DNA of 64,000 nucleotides from Candidatus Berkelbacteria bacterium. GTDB lineage: Bacteria; Patescibacteriota; UBA1384; CAILIB01. Below the pieces are notes generated by a model. The model searched no databases. It saw only the letters and a list, made by a program, of their open reading frames with translations, and was not told the DNA's origin. Within the stretch, counting starts at the first letter, position 1. Each line of letters opens with the position of its first letter. Of the stretch, positions 1 to 8,029 are shown one piece after another. The stretch is taken from the NCBI GenBank assembly GCA_043751595.1, contig JAYUZR010000035.1, positions 2,534 to 66,533 of the forward strand. The letters are read 5' to 3'. The translations under genes were made by a program, and so were the position numbers.

Positions 1-8
1 AAAATGGG

Positions 9-662
9 GTGCGGGTGGTAAGTACCGATAGATCTCGTGCCCTCTTCACCCAGACCATCGATAGCCCAACAGGCACTCGCCTGCGCCCTGGCCAAAAAGC
101 ACTCGAGTTCTACACTTCCTTCTCCAATCCAAAAAGCCCTATGTATTCCTGGAATACCAGTATGCCAAGTACCCTGGATGCCTTTGGGCAAGGTAGGGTA
201 GCCATGGTGATTGCCTTCACTGATTTTGGCAAACAACTAAAAGCTAAGTACCCCAAGTTCCAGTACGAGGTAACCAGCGTTCCCCAAATCTCTACCACCC
301 AAGACCAGGTTAACCTTATTAGATTCAACCTAGAGTCGGTTACTCAAGTTGCCGAAAGCAGCAATGCTGCCTTTGCCTTCCTTGGCACCTACGCCAGCGA
401 AAAAAACAGCAAAACTCTTTCTAAAGAAGCTAAGCTTACCAGTCCGTATCTTAAGTCGCTCCAGGCAACTTCCAGTAGTAGCGACTACCTTACTAAACAG
501 GTACTAAGCGGCAAGGCGGTCTTCAAAAAGAGTCATGCCGATTTTGATAAAGCCTTCGAAGAAATGATTTCTGACGTTGTTCAGAACGGACTACCTACCG
601 ATATTACCCTTGATACTGGAGCCGAGAAGGTCAATCAACTTCTTGCCCCGCAAGATGAATAA
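9..662 (+). CDS. C-terminal fragment of an extracellular solute-binding protein (ABC-transporter SBP family 1-like); 5' end outside the window
   Basis: The ORF is open to the window start. The C-terminal stretch FEEMISDVVQNG...VNQLLAP resembles the end of sugar-type SBPs. No ATPase or permease partner is visible. Confidence 0.3.
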   Translation: MRVVSTDRSRALFTQTIDSPTGTRLRPGQKALEFYTSFSNPKSPMYSWNTSMPSTLDAFGQGRVAMVIAFTDFGKQLKAKYPKFQYEVTSVPQISTTQDQVNLIRFNLESVTQVAESSNAAFAFLGTYASEKNSKTLSKEAKLTSPYLKSLQATSSSSDYLTKQVLSGKAVFKKSHADFDKAFEEMISDVVQNGLPTDITLDTGAEKVNQLLAPQDE

Positions 663-1020
663 AGTATTCTGGATTAGTATTGGATGGCTTCTCAGTTTTG
701 CTCCTATTCAGCGGGCCCTTGCCACTAGTTACACCATCCCGGGCAATGTACCCTCTGGTGCAATCGATACCAGGACAGCAGCAGCCGGTGCGCAGACGCT
801 AGTCCAGAGAATCATCGATACGATGACATTCTTTGTCTTCCCCATCGCTTTTATCGGCATTGTGTATATTGGCTACAATCTTATTATGGGGCCAAATAAC
901 CCCGATACTTGGGCAAAATCGAAGAAGCAAATCGGGTACATGGTAATTGGTATCACCCTCATCACCCTTGCCTCAACACTCGTGTATGCCTTCCGTAGTG
1001 TAATTTTTGGAGCTCTTTAA
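655..1020 (+). CDS. T4SS pilin-like small membrane protein (VirB2/TrbC-like), paralog 1
   Basis: Signal or TM segment, then a second TM after a motif (GPNNPDTWAKSKKQIGYMVIGITLI) related to the SGGxPxKxKxARQGIINxVIG core of paralogs 3-8. It is first of four tandem genes. The internal ATG at 655 was chosen over the 577 ORF start, which overlaps the upstream gene. Confidence 0.45.
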   Translation: MNKVFWISIGWLLSFAPIQRALATSYTIPGNVPSGAIDTRTAAAGAQTLVQRIIDTMTFFVFPIAFIGIVYIGYNLIMGPNNPDTWAKSKKQIGYMVIGITLITLASTLVYAFRSVIFGAL

Positions 1021-1581
1021 ATGAACCAGACATTCTCTCGTCTCCTAGTACTAAGTATCGCCCTGGGTGGCTTACTTATGAGTAGCCCAGCATTAGCTGC
1101 ATCAATTCCCAATCCTTGCGCAGCAGTTATTGCTAAGCCAGGCTCCACGCTAAAAACAAGCGCCCTCCCCCTGCTGCCTAAGGAATTATTTACTCCTAAT
1201 ATCATTCCTTCGCCCGCGCCAACACCTGCCCCAGGCGCACCTCCCGCCGCAGTAACGCCAGCCCCCAAGGTTACGCCCCAGTGCAACCCAACCTACTGGA
1301 CTCGCCAGGTCTACAACGTAATTGCCCTTCGTATCCTCAACCTCCTCAACTGGACCGCTGGCAGCCTAGCCGTGGTCATTACGGTATACGCTGGAACCCT
1401 CTACGTAATGGGATTCATGAACGAAGCTAACGTAAAGAAGGCAAAAAGCCTCCTTATTACCGCCTATACCGGCCTTGCCATCGTCTTTCTCTCCCGCGCT
1501 ATCCTGTATGGTACCGTTGCCGTTATTACCGGCGACGATGTTAACCCGACAAGTCCATACAACGTGGATCTAACCCTATGA
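1021..1581 (+). CDS. T4SS pilin-like protein, paralog 2 (signal peptide, Pro/Ala-rich linker, two C-terminal TM helices)
   Basis: Signal peptide LLMSSPALAAS, PAPTPAPGAPP linker, then two hydrophobic helices flanking NEANVKKAKSLLITAYTGL. It sits in tandem with the clearer paralogs and its TGA stop overlaps the next ATG (ATGA). Confidence 0.4.
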   Translation: MNQTFSRLLVLSIALGGLLMSSPALAASIPNPCAAVIAKPGSTLKTSALPLLPKELFTPNIIPSPAPTPAPGAPPAAVTPAPKVTPQCNPTYWTRQVYNVIALRILNLLNWTAGSLAVVITVYAGTLYVMGFMNEANVKKAKSLLITAYTGLAIVFLSRAILYGTVAVITGDDVNPTSPYNVDLTL

Positions 1582-1964
1582 TCGCTTCAATCGTCCTACA
1601 TCTCTTAGGGGTATCCCCCGCTTATGCGGCAGGCGTTATTACTAGTCCGAACGATCCCAACCGAGTAGTTGGCCAGTATAAATACTTTACCGATAAAACT
1701 ACCCCACAGGGGATCGATACCGTTATTGATGGTATCTACGGCAACGCCCTCACTATCGTTTTCCTATTTCTAGGAGTCGCCGCCATCGCCTATCTTATTT
1801 GGGCCGGTATCCGTTACGCCTCTAGCGGAGGCAACCCTGAAGCCGCTAAGCAAGCCCGCCAAAAGATTATCAATGTATTCCTCGGGCTCGTAGTTCTCTT
1901 TGGTGTATATACGATCCTTGCGGCAATTATCTCCCTTGGTGGATGGGTAGGAAGGTTCGTCTAG
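1578..1964 (+). CDS. T4SS pilin-like protein (VirB2/TrbC-type), paralog 3
   Basis: Signal peptide ending AYAAG. Core motif IAYLIWAGIRYASSGGNPEAAKQARQKIINVFLGLVVLF with two TM helices, the family hallmark shared by six paralogs in this window. Confidence 0.55.
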   Translation: MIASIVLHLLGVSPAYAAGVITSPNDPNRVVGQYKYFTDKTTPQGIDTVIDGIYGNALTIVFLFLGVAAIAYLIWAGIRYASSGGNPEAAKQARQKIINVFLGLVVLFGVYTILAAIISLGGWVGRFV

Positions 1965-2034
1965 CTCAACAATAGTTTGACAACACCACCGTCCCTTCTT
2001 TAGAATTAATATAACCTTATTTCTAAAGGAGGAT

Positions 2035-2430
2035 ATGTCAATTAACTTCCGTTCTGCTTACGCACGTCTTGGCGCTGTCGCCGTTGGTGCTAGCCTAGCT
2101 ACTCTTCCAATGGCTGCTCACGCTGCTGTTGGTGCGCTCACCCCTGCTGGTGGCGATATCAATACATCAAGCACCCTAGATGAGCAGATCAGCTCCATCT
2201 CTGGTAGCGTTATTGATACCGTTCTTCTTATCGCTGGCGTCCTAGCTGTTATCTACCTGCTTTACTCTGGTATTCAGTACATCACTTCAGCTGGTAACCC
2301 AGAAAAAGCTAAGGGCGCTCGTCAGGGTATCATCAACGCCGTTATCGGTATCGTTGTTATCATTGCTGCGTTCTTCATCGTTCGTCTTGCAGTTGGTAGC
2401 GGTAACCAAATCAACAGCCTTAACAACTAG
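2035..2430 (+). CDS. T4SS pilin-like protein (VirB2/TrbC-type), paralog 4
   Basis: RBS AAAGGAGG 6 nt upstream of the ATG. Signal peptide ...AAHAAVG. Core YLLYSGIQYITSAGNPEKAKGARQGIINAVIGIVVII. Followed by a terminator. Confidence 0.55.
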   Translation: MSINFRSAYARLGAVAVGASLATLPMAAHAAVGALTPAGGDINTSSTLDEQISSISGSVIDTVLLIAGVLAVIYLLYSGIQYITSAGNPEKAKGARQGIINAVIGIVVIIAAFFIVRLAVGSGNQINSLNN

Positions 2431-2452
2431 TCCCCTAGTTCTAAGCCTGCAA

Positions 2453-2480
2453 AGACCCGGCCTTGGCCGGGTCTTTTTTA
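2453..2480. terminator. Rho-independent terminator, usable in both directions
   Basis: GACCCGGCC-ttgg-CCGGGTC hairpin followed by TTTTTT on the plus strand. It ends the pilin cluster and, on the minus strand, the FtsB-like gene. Confidence 0.6.
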
Positions 2481-2504
2481 ATTAGCGATCTTTCTTTAAT
2501 TTTT

Positions 2505-2568
2505 AGTGATTATTTCTTCCGCGTATCCGAGGCGTACGCCGAGGGCTTAGCGGGAGAAATAAATCACT
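2505..2568. repeat. 64-nt structured element R1 (conserved loop, covarying stems); paired with the copy at 3839..3902
   Basis: Sequence: GTGATTA-tttcttccgc-GTATCCGaGGCGTacGCcGAGGgCTTAG-cgggagaaa-TAaATCAC. The outer stem and 27-nt loop match R2, while the 11-12 bp middle stem has a completely different but still complementary sequence. It lies between the stop of the minus-strand gene 2564..2989 and its terminator. Confidence 0.5.
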
Positions 2569-2989
2569 TACCTTGGATATATCTCCACCACTGCTCCCAG
2601 TTAGGCAGGTTGCGCCTTGGATCGCGGGCAGCCTGAGCGGCAGCTAGCGCCTGGTGGGCCGCCTGCTGCTTGCCTACGCTTGATTCTGGCAGTGCATAGA
2701 CCTTCTCTTCTGGCCGATGTAGTAACGCCACCCTCCGTAACTCCTTTTCTTTAAAGGAGTCGCTTTGGTAATACACCAGCAATGCCTTTAGGCGGTCGCG
2801 CTCACTCTCTAGGTTGGTGAGCTTAGTTTCCAAATCAGTAATCTGCTGCCTGCTGGCTACCGCCGATTTAAGTGAATTCGTGGTAACCACACCTAAATAG
2901 CACACGGCAGCAATCAGCCAGAGGGCCGTGGTTGAACGCTGTGTCCAGCGAAGAATACGTTGCAGAAGAATACGCAAGAGATGCACCAA
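2564..2989 (-). CDS. FtsB/DivIC-like septum formation initiator (single TM plus coiled coil)
   Basis: N-terminal TM (ALWLIAAVCYLGVVTT), then a heptad coiled coil QITDLETKLTNLESERDRLKALL. Size and layout are typical of FtsB/DivIC. Confidence 0.4.
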   Translation of the reverse strand: MVHLLRILLQRILRWTQRSTTALWLIAAVCYLGVVTTNSLKSAVASRQQITDLETKLTNLESERDRLKALLVYYQSDSFKEKELRRVALLHRPEEKVYALPESSVGKQQAAHQALAAAQAARDPRRNLPNWEQWWRYIQGK

Positions 2990-3004
2990 CCAAGTATAGC
3001 AAAC

Positions 3005-3532
3005 TTACTTACTACCAAATAATTGAACAGTAATAAGAGTACGCTCCCCCGATGCATCTACAGACCACACACAAGCGTATCCGACTTCTTTATATTTAGG
3101 AGAAAGAATATTGGCACGGTGACCAGGACTCTTCATCCAACCAGTGGTGATGCCTTCAGGAGTTTTGAATCCCTTAGCCAGGTTCTCCCCTGCGCTACGG
3201 TATGAATACCCTGCCTCCTCAATAAATGACCAAGGAGTCTTACCATCTAGAGGACGAAAGTGCGCCCAATAACCACGAGTAATCATATCGTGCGCCTTAG
3301 CCTGAGCGGCCTGATTTAGTTGCTCATTAATAACAAGCTCAGGAAGGCCGGTCGCTACGCGCTGTGCGTTGGTAAGGATGAGAAGCTCGGCTGGAGAATA
3401 CGCAATTTGCTCAGCAGAAAGCTCGGTTGCTGAAACGCCATTTGCAGCCAAAGCAGTATCGGCCCCAAGCGGAAGAATGGCGCGAATTACTACTACGAGG
3501 ATAAAAAGGCTTTTTGCCCAAAAAGTATTCAT
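3005..3532 (-). CDS. Secreted CAP/SCP/PR-1 domain protein (YkwD-like)
   Basis: Signal peptide, then the CAP motifs GENLA, GWMKSPGHRANIL and YKEVGYAC. Confidence 0.7.
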   Translation of the reverse strand: MNTFWAKSLFILVVVIRAILPLGADTALAANGVSATELSAEQIAYSPAELLILTNAQRVATGLPELVINEQLNQAAQAKAHDMITRGYWAHFRPLDGKTPWSFIEEAGYSYRSAGENLAKGFKTPEGITTGWMKSPGHRANILSPKYKEVGYACVWSVDASGERTLITVQLFGSK

Positions 3533-3798
3533 TTGTGTTGTTTTTGTTTCTCTTTTTGAGATGCACTAAGTATACGACAGAACAGCAGTAATTTCAATCA
3601 GTATTGAAGTCTTTAAGATTACGGACACGTCAGTTTTACGCTCCAGCGATTACTATACGATAGTGTATTACCTTTCCCGTATCAGCTGTTCGGTTTGTTT
3701 TACCACTACTTTTCCACAGGTGGATAACCTCTCAATAAGTGGGCGGTCAGCCCCGGTGGGGCCAGTGACCACATAGCCCTCTCGTAACTTGAGACACT

Positions 3799-3830
3799 AA
3801 AAAAAGCCCCTCCTTTCGGAAGGGCTTTTG
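3799..3830 (-). terminator. Rho-independent terminator of pyk
   Basis: On the minus strand the hairpin AGCCCTTCC-gaaa-GGAGGGGCT is followed by TTTTTTT. Confidence 0.6.
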
Positions 3831-3838
3831 CCTCTGTC

Positions 3839-3902
3839 GGTGATTATTGTACTGGCGTATCCGGAGCGTCAGCGACGGTCTTAGCCAGTACAATAGATCA
3901 CC
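3839..3902. repeat. 64-nt structured element R2 (second copy of the R1 family)
   Basis: Sequence: GTGATTA-ttgtactggc-GTATCCGgaGCGTcaGCgacGGtCTTAG-ccagtacaa-TAgATCAC. A perfect 11-bp middle stem (ATTGTACTGGC/GCCAGTACAAT). Same placement as R1: 4 nt after the pyk stop and before the pyk terminator. Confidence 0.5.
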
Positions 3903-3905
3903 CTC

Positions 3906-4955
3906 TTAGAAGTAGTTCGGGCGGTGATACATAGCTTCTTCAGCGCGCTTAACAATCTTTACCATGGTGGCCAGAGAGTTAATTGGGTCAATACCAGCAG
4001 CTGTTTCTTCGGAAAGCATCACTGCATCGCTACCAGCAAATACTGCGTTCGCCACATCTGAAACTTCAGCGCGGGTTGGGCGAGTATTTTTGGTGATAGA
4101 AAGCATCATCTGAGTAGCGGTGATGACTGCCTTCTTAGACCAGCGGCATCGCTCGGTAATCTCGCGCTGCAGTACTGGAATATCTTCCATAGGCATCTCG
4201 ATACCAAGATCGCCACGGGCAATCATCACGATATCGGAACCATCGATAATCTCCTGAAGGTTAGCAATCGCGCGGCGACGCTCTACCTTAGAAATAAGCT
4301 TAATATCGCGACTGCCGATCATGGCACGTACTTCATCAAGCTCTTTTCGACTATCAACAAAGGAAAGTGCAATCGCATCTACTCCTGGGGCCGTATTAAG
4401 CAAGAAATCAAGATCACGATAATCTTTTTCGGTTAGCGCAGGAGAGCTCAGGTTGGTATCGGGAACATTAATACTCTTGCGTGACATCAAGATACCACCA
4501 GAGGTGATTCGAACAGCGATACGGTGACCCTTCACCCAACTAACAATGCCCTCAATGGCACCATCCATGAAGGTAATATATTCCCCTGCTTTTACATCAT
4601 TATGCAACGTGGAGTCGTTGATCAAAATCTCATCGGAAGATTCTGGCTCACCAACGTTCATGTAGAACGTATATTCCTTATCGGTATCAAGAGGAATGCC
4701 GGCATCTGGCAAAATACCAACGCGGATATTTGGACCCTGAAGATCGGCCTGCATCTTGGTTTCAGCACCATGCTTAGTCTTAATCTCTTGCAGCATGTTG
4801 TAACGAGCGGTGTACTCATCGTACTGGCAGTGCGCAAAGTTATTGCGCAGCATATCGGAGCCGTTGAGAATCAGTCCTTCGATAATTTCGGGACTAGCAC
4901 TAGCAGGACCCACCGTAGTAACAAACTTAGTCCAGGTGCCTGAAAATTGGTTCAT
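3906..4955 (-). CDS. pyk: Pyruvate kinase (short form without the C-terminal regulatory domain)
   Basis: Motifs MIARGDLGIE, TATQMMLS, TRAEVSDVANAV and GSDAVMLSEETA. The start was taken at MNQFSGTWTKF rather than the longer ORF. About 350 aa, so it lacks the allosteric C-terminal domain. Confidence 0.85.
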   Translation of the reverse strand: MNQFSGTWTKFVTTVGPASASPEIIEGLILNGSDMLRNNFAHCQYDEYTARYNMLQEIKTKHGAETKMQADLQGPNIRVGILPDAGIPLDTDKEYTFYMNVGEPESSDEILINDSTLHNDVKAGEYITFMDGAIEGIVSWVKGHRIAVRITSGGILMSRKSINVPDTNLSSPALTEKDYRDLDFLLNTAPGVDAIALSFVDSRKELDEVRAMIGSRDIKLISKVERRRAIANLQEIIDGSDIVMIARGDLGIEMPMEDIPVLQREITERCRWSKKAVITATQMMLSITKNTRPTRAEVSDVANAVFAGSDAVMLSEETAAGIDPINSLATMVKIVKRAEEAMYHRPNYF

Positions 4956-5066
4956 GAATTGTTCTTTTCTTAAGAAATAAAGTCGACTGAACAAGCAGGT
5001 GCTAGTCAGCCGAGAACGGGTCGTACTATACTCTATTTACAGACCTTACGTAAACCTATCATTTTA

Positions 5067-5444
5067 ATGGTCCAACTCTTACTCGCCAAGCTGATTGGCC
5101 TACAAACTGCGTACGCCATCGTATCAGACCAAGCGATCAAACCAGCATCTTCCAGTGTCGGAACTGGGGGCCTTTTTGATCTAGGTAGCGATGCTACTGC
5201 CACGGTAAACAGTCTTACCTCCAGCGCCGTGGATACTATCGGCCTAGTGGCAGGTGCTTTAGCTATTATCTACATCCTTTGGTACGGCATTCAGTATATC
5301 CTCTCTGGCGGTGTACCCGATAAAACTAAGGTTGCACGGCAAGGAATCATCAACGGCGTTATCGGTATTGTTATCATTACAGCAGCCTATGCCGTAATCC
5401 GTTTCGCTGTTGCCATCGGAAATAAGGCTGCATCCGTTATCTAA
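5067..5444 (+). CDS. T4SS pilin-like protein (VirB2/TrbC-type), paralog 5
   Basis: Signal peptide ...LQTAYAIVS. Core IIYILWYGIQYILSGGVPDKTKVARQGIINGVIGIVIITAAYAVIRFAV. Confidence 0.55.
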   Translation: MVQLLLAKLIGLQTAYAIVSDQAIKPASSSVGTGGLFDLGSDATATVNSLTSSAVDTIGLVAGALAIIYILWYGIQYILSGGVPDKTKVARQGIINGVIGIVIITAAYAVIRFAVAIGNKAASVI

Positions 5445-5449
5445 CCATC

Positions 5450-5884
5450 ATGCTCGCTGCACTCCTTCCCCTTTACGCAACACTCCAGACGGCCATTATC
5501 GAGCATGCCTACGCTACTGACGGCATCATTCCCACTCCGGCTAATCAGAAGCTTAACACTTCAACTGTTGTAACCAGTAGTGGAAGTGCTTCCGACCAGG
5601 TAAACCAACTACTCTTTACCGGAAATGGCGGTACTCCCGGTATCGTTGGACAGGCCCTCACTATCGGCACCGCTGTCGCCGGCGGCATTGCTGTACTCTA
5701 CGTAATCTGGGCCGGTGTCCAGTACATTATGGCCGGTGGAAGCCCCGATAAAACCAAGGCAGCCCGAGCAAGAATCGTTGGTGCCGTTGTTGGTATTGTG
5801 CTCATTATGGCCACCTATGCCATTATCCGCTTCGCCATTGCTGCTGGTCGCCTAGTAGATACCGCCAGTACAAAGGCAAACTAA
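5450..5884 (+). CDS. T4SS pilin-like protein (VirB2/TrbC-type), paralog 6
   Basis: Signal peptide ...AYATDG. Core VLYVIWAGVQYIMAGGSPDKTKAARARIVGAVVGIVLIMATYAIIRFAI. Tandem with paralogs 5 and 7. Confidence 0.55.
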   Translation: MLAALLPLYATLQTAIIEHAYATDGIIPTPANQKLNTSTVVTSSGSASDQVNQLLFTGNGGTPGIVGQALTIGTAVAGGIAVLYVIWAGVQYIMAGGSPDKTKAARARIVGAVVGIVLIMATYAIIRFAIAAGRLVDTASTKAN

Positions 5885-5899
5885 TAACCCAGGACCGCC

Positions 5900-6646
5900 G
5901 TGATCACGGTTAATCAAGTACCAGCGGGCACCTTTAACCTGGTAGACAGACTCAATGCCGCTGGGTCAAATATTGATATCATTCTGTACGCTGTCTTAGG
6001 TGGCGTAGCAGTTATCTTTGTTACCCTCGCAGGAGTTCGCTACATTACCTCAGGTGGAAGTGCCGATAAAGCAAAAGTTGCCCGGCAAGGAATTATTAAT
6101 GCCGTGATCGGTGTCGTGATTGGCATGTCTGCCTTTGCCATTATTCGACTTGCTCGCCTCTCCACCACTGTTGGAGCAGACGTTGCCACTGGTAAGTTTG
6201 TGGTTACCACCCCTGCCCCCAAGCCCACTAAAGCGCCAAGCGGATCGAACCCCCGTTCAGACGCTACGCCAAGTTATTCTGGTGTTGGAACCTACTACCA
6301 AGAGGCTCAACGAGTACTCGCGCTATACTCCCTAGTACCTGCCTATACCGACAGCGCCGGCAAGCATCCGGCTAAGATGTGCTACCTAGGAGACCCAACC
6401 CGCTGCTTAGCAGCAAACGCAGATGATGCCGGAGTAACCAATGGCGCAGCCTTTAACGACCTTGACGAGTGTATCCACTTTGCGGAAACAAGGAATGATA
6501 TCTACTCCTGCGTTGATACCGCCGCTAACGGAGGAAATACTAACCACGAAGAATGGATCTGCCGAGCATGGGAAGTCGACGCCTTTAATCATTTTCTCGC
6601 GACTAACGGTGACATGGATTACCCCGCCTGCCCCTTCAAGGATTAA
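5900..6646 (+). CDS. T4SS pilin-like protein, paralog 7, with a 120-aa cysteine-rich C-terminal extension
   Basis: Pilin core VRYITSGGSADKAKVARQGIINAVIGVVIGMSAFAIIRLAR, then a Pro/Thr linker and a domain with six Cys (CYLGDPTRC...ECIHF...SCVDT...ICRAW...ACPF). Confidence 0.5.
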   Translation: MITVNQVPAGTFNLVDRLNAAGSNIDIILYAVLGGVAVIFVTLAGVRYITSGGSADKAKVARQGIINAVIGVVIGMSAFAIIRLARLSTTVGADVATGKFVVTTPAPKPTKAPSGSNPRSDATPSYSGVGTYYQEAQRVLALYSLVPAYTDSAGKHPAKMCYLGDPTRCLAANADDAGVTNGAAFNDLDECIHFAETRNDIYSCVDTAANGGNTNHEEWICRAWEVDAFNHFLATNGDMDYPACPFKD

Positions 6647-6685
6647 TACCTGTCCGTTTCGTTGGTTTCAGGCTACGATCTTGCT

Positions 6686-8029
6686 ATGACGATTCGATCA
6701 TACATCGCGATTGCGGTTGCAAATGTAAGCCGAGCAGGTCTATTACTACTAGGTAGAAATGCCACTACTCTCCCCGGCCTACTAGCAGAGAAAATAGCGC
6801 CCAATTTGTATCCATACCTTTTAGAACAAATACCTAAGGGAGTGGTATTTATTACCGGAACAAATGGAAAAACCACCACCACAGCCATGGCTCGGCATCT
6901 CCTTGCTGAGCAATTTACCATTATTAGCAATGTAGGTGGATCTAATCTTATCCGGGGGCACTTAACCGCCCTAGTAGCTAATTATTCGATTATACAGGGG
7001 TTCAAGGATAACACTCTCGCCCTACTAGAAACCGACGAGCTATTTGTGGCCGAGGCTATTAATTTAGGGGCACGCCCTACCGCCATTGCAGTACTTAATC
7101 TTTTTAGAGACCAGCTGGATAGATTTGGGGAGATCGATAGTATTACCCGCAAATGGGAAAAGGCCCTAGCCAAATCTCCAGGTACTCGCCTATTGATAAA
7201 TAGTAACGACCCTAGGCTAGCCGCCCTTGGTAAGAAGTATTCGGAAAGAACAGAATACTTTGGACTCGATGCTCCTGCCCTACTTTTACCCAAGCCATCT
7301 TCCATGGCAGATACTGGAGACTTGTCCGTAGAGTATTCAGGATACTATGTATCGCACATGGGCAATTACAAAGGTGAGCCAGAAAAAACTACCGCCTTAA
7401 CGTCTGCCAATTGGGGAGAGGAGCACTGGAAGATAACTTTGCAGGTGGATACTGAAACCATTCAGGCTAGTCTTCAGACACCCGGCCGGTATAATCTCTT
7501 TAATGCAGTTGCAGCCTTAGCTATCGCTAAAGAGTTGATGGTCGATACCTATAGCGTAGCCAACAGATTAGAATCATTCACTCCAGCCTTTTCACGTTTC
7601 GAAAAGGTATACATCGATGGTAAACCTATATGGTTAGTACTTGTTAAAAACCCTGTCGCCCTTAGTGAGACCTTGGCCACTATCCAGGAAATGGTGGGTG
7701 GCTCTACCTACAACATTATTCTCGGCAGCAACGATAATATTGCCGACGGCAAGGATGTATCGTGGTATTTTGACGCTGATATTTCTAGCCTTTCTGGCAA
7801 CCCGCCGGCTAATTGCATGTGCTTTGGCACACGAGCACGGGATATGCGCCTCAGACTAAGCTACGGACTAGAGCAAGAAGTATCCCTGATCAACCTGGAC
7901 GAAGTAGCAAAAGCTATTGGCGGCTTGAGTGGCGAGACTTTTATTCTTACCACCTATACTGCCACACTAGAACTAAGAGAAACGCTTACCTCTCAAGGGC
8001 ATATAAAGAAGTGGAGTACCCATGCATAA
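6686..8029 (+). CDS. murT: Lipid II isoglutamine synthase subunit MurT (Mur-ligase-like)
   Basis: Mur ligase P-loop ITGTNGKTTTTAM. Motifs NLFRDQLDRFGEIDSI and SNDNIADGKDVSWYFDAD match the MurT and DUF1727 region recalled from S. aureus MurT. Translationally coupled to gatD with an 8-nt overlap. Confidence 0.75.
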   Translation: MTIRSYIAIAVANVSRAGLLLLGRNATTLPGLLAEKIAPNLYPYLLEQIPKGVVFITGTNGKTTTTAMARHLLAEQFTIISNVGGSNLIRGHLTALVANYSIIQGFKDNTLALLETDELFVAEAINLGARPTAIAVLNLFRDQLDRFGEIDSITRKWEKALAKSPGTRLLINSNDPRLAALGKKYSERTEYFGLDAPALLLPKPSSMADTGDLSVEYSGYYVSHMGNYKGEPEKTTALTSANWGEEHWKITLQVDTETIQASLQTPGRYNLFNAVAALAIAKELMVDTYSVANRLESFTPAFSRFEKVYIDGKPIWLVLVKNPVALSETLATIQEMVGGSTYNIILGSNDNIADGKDVSWYFDADISSLSGNPPANCMCFGTRARDMRLRLSYGLEQEVSLINLDEVAKAIGGLSGETFILTTYTATLELRETLTSQGHIKKWSTHA

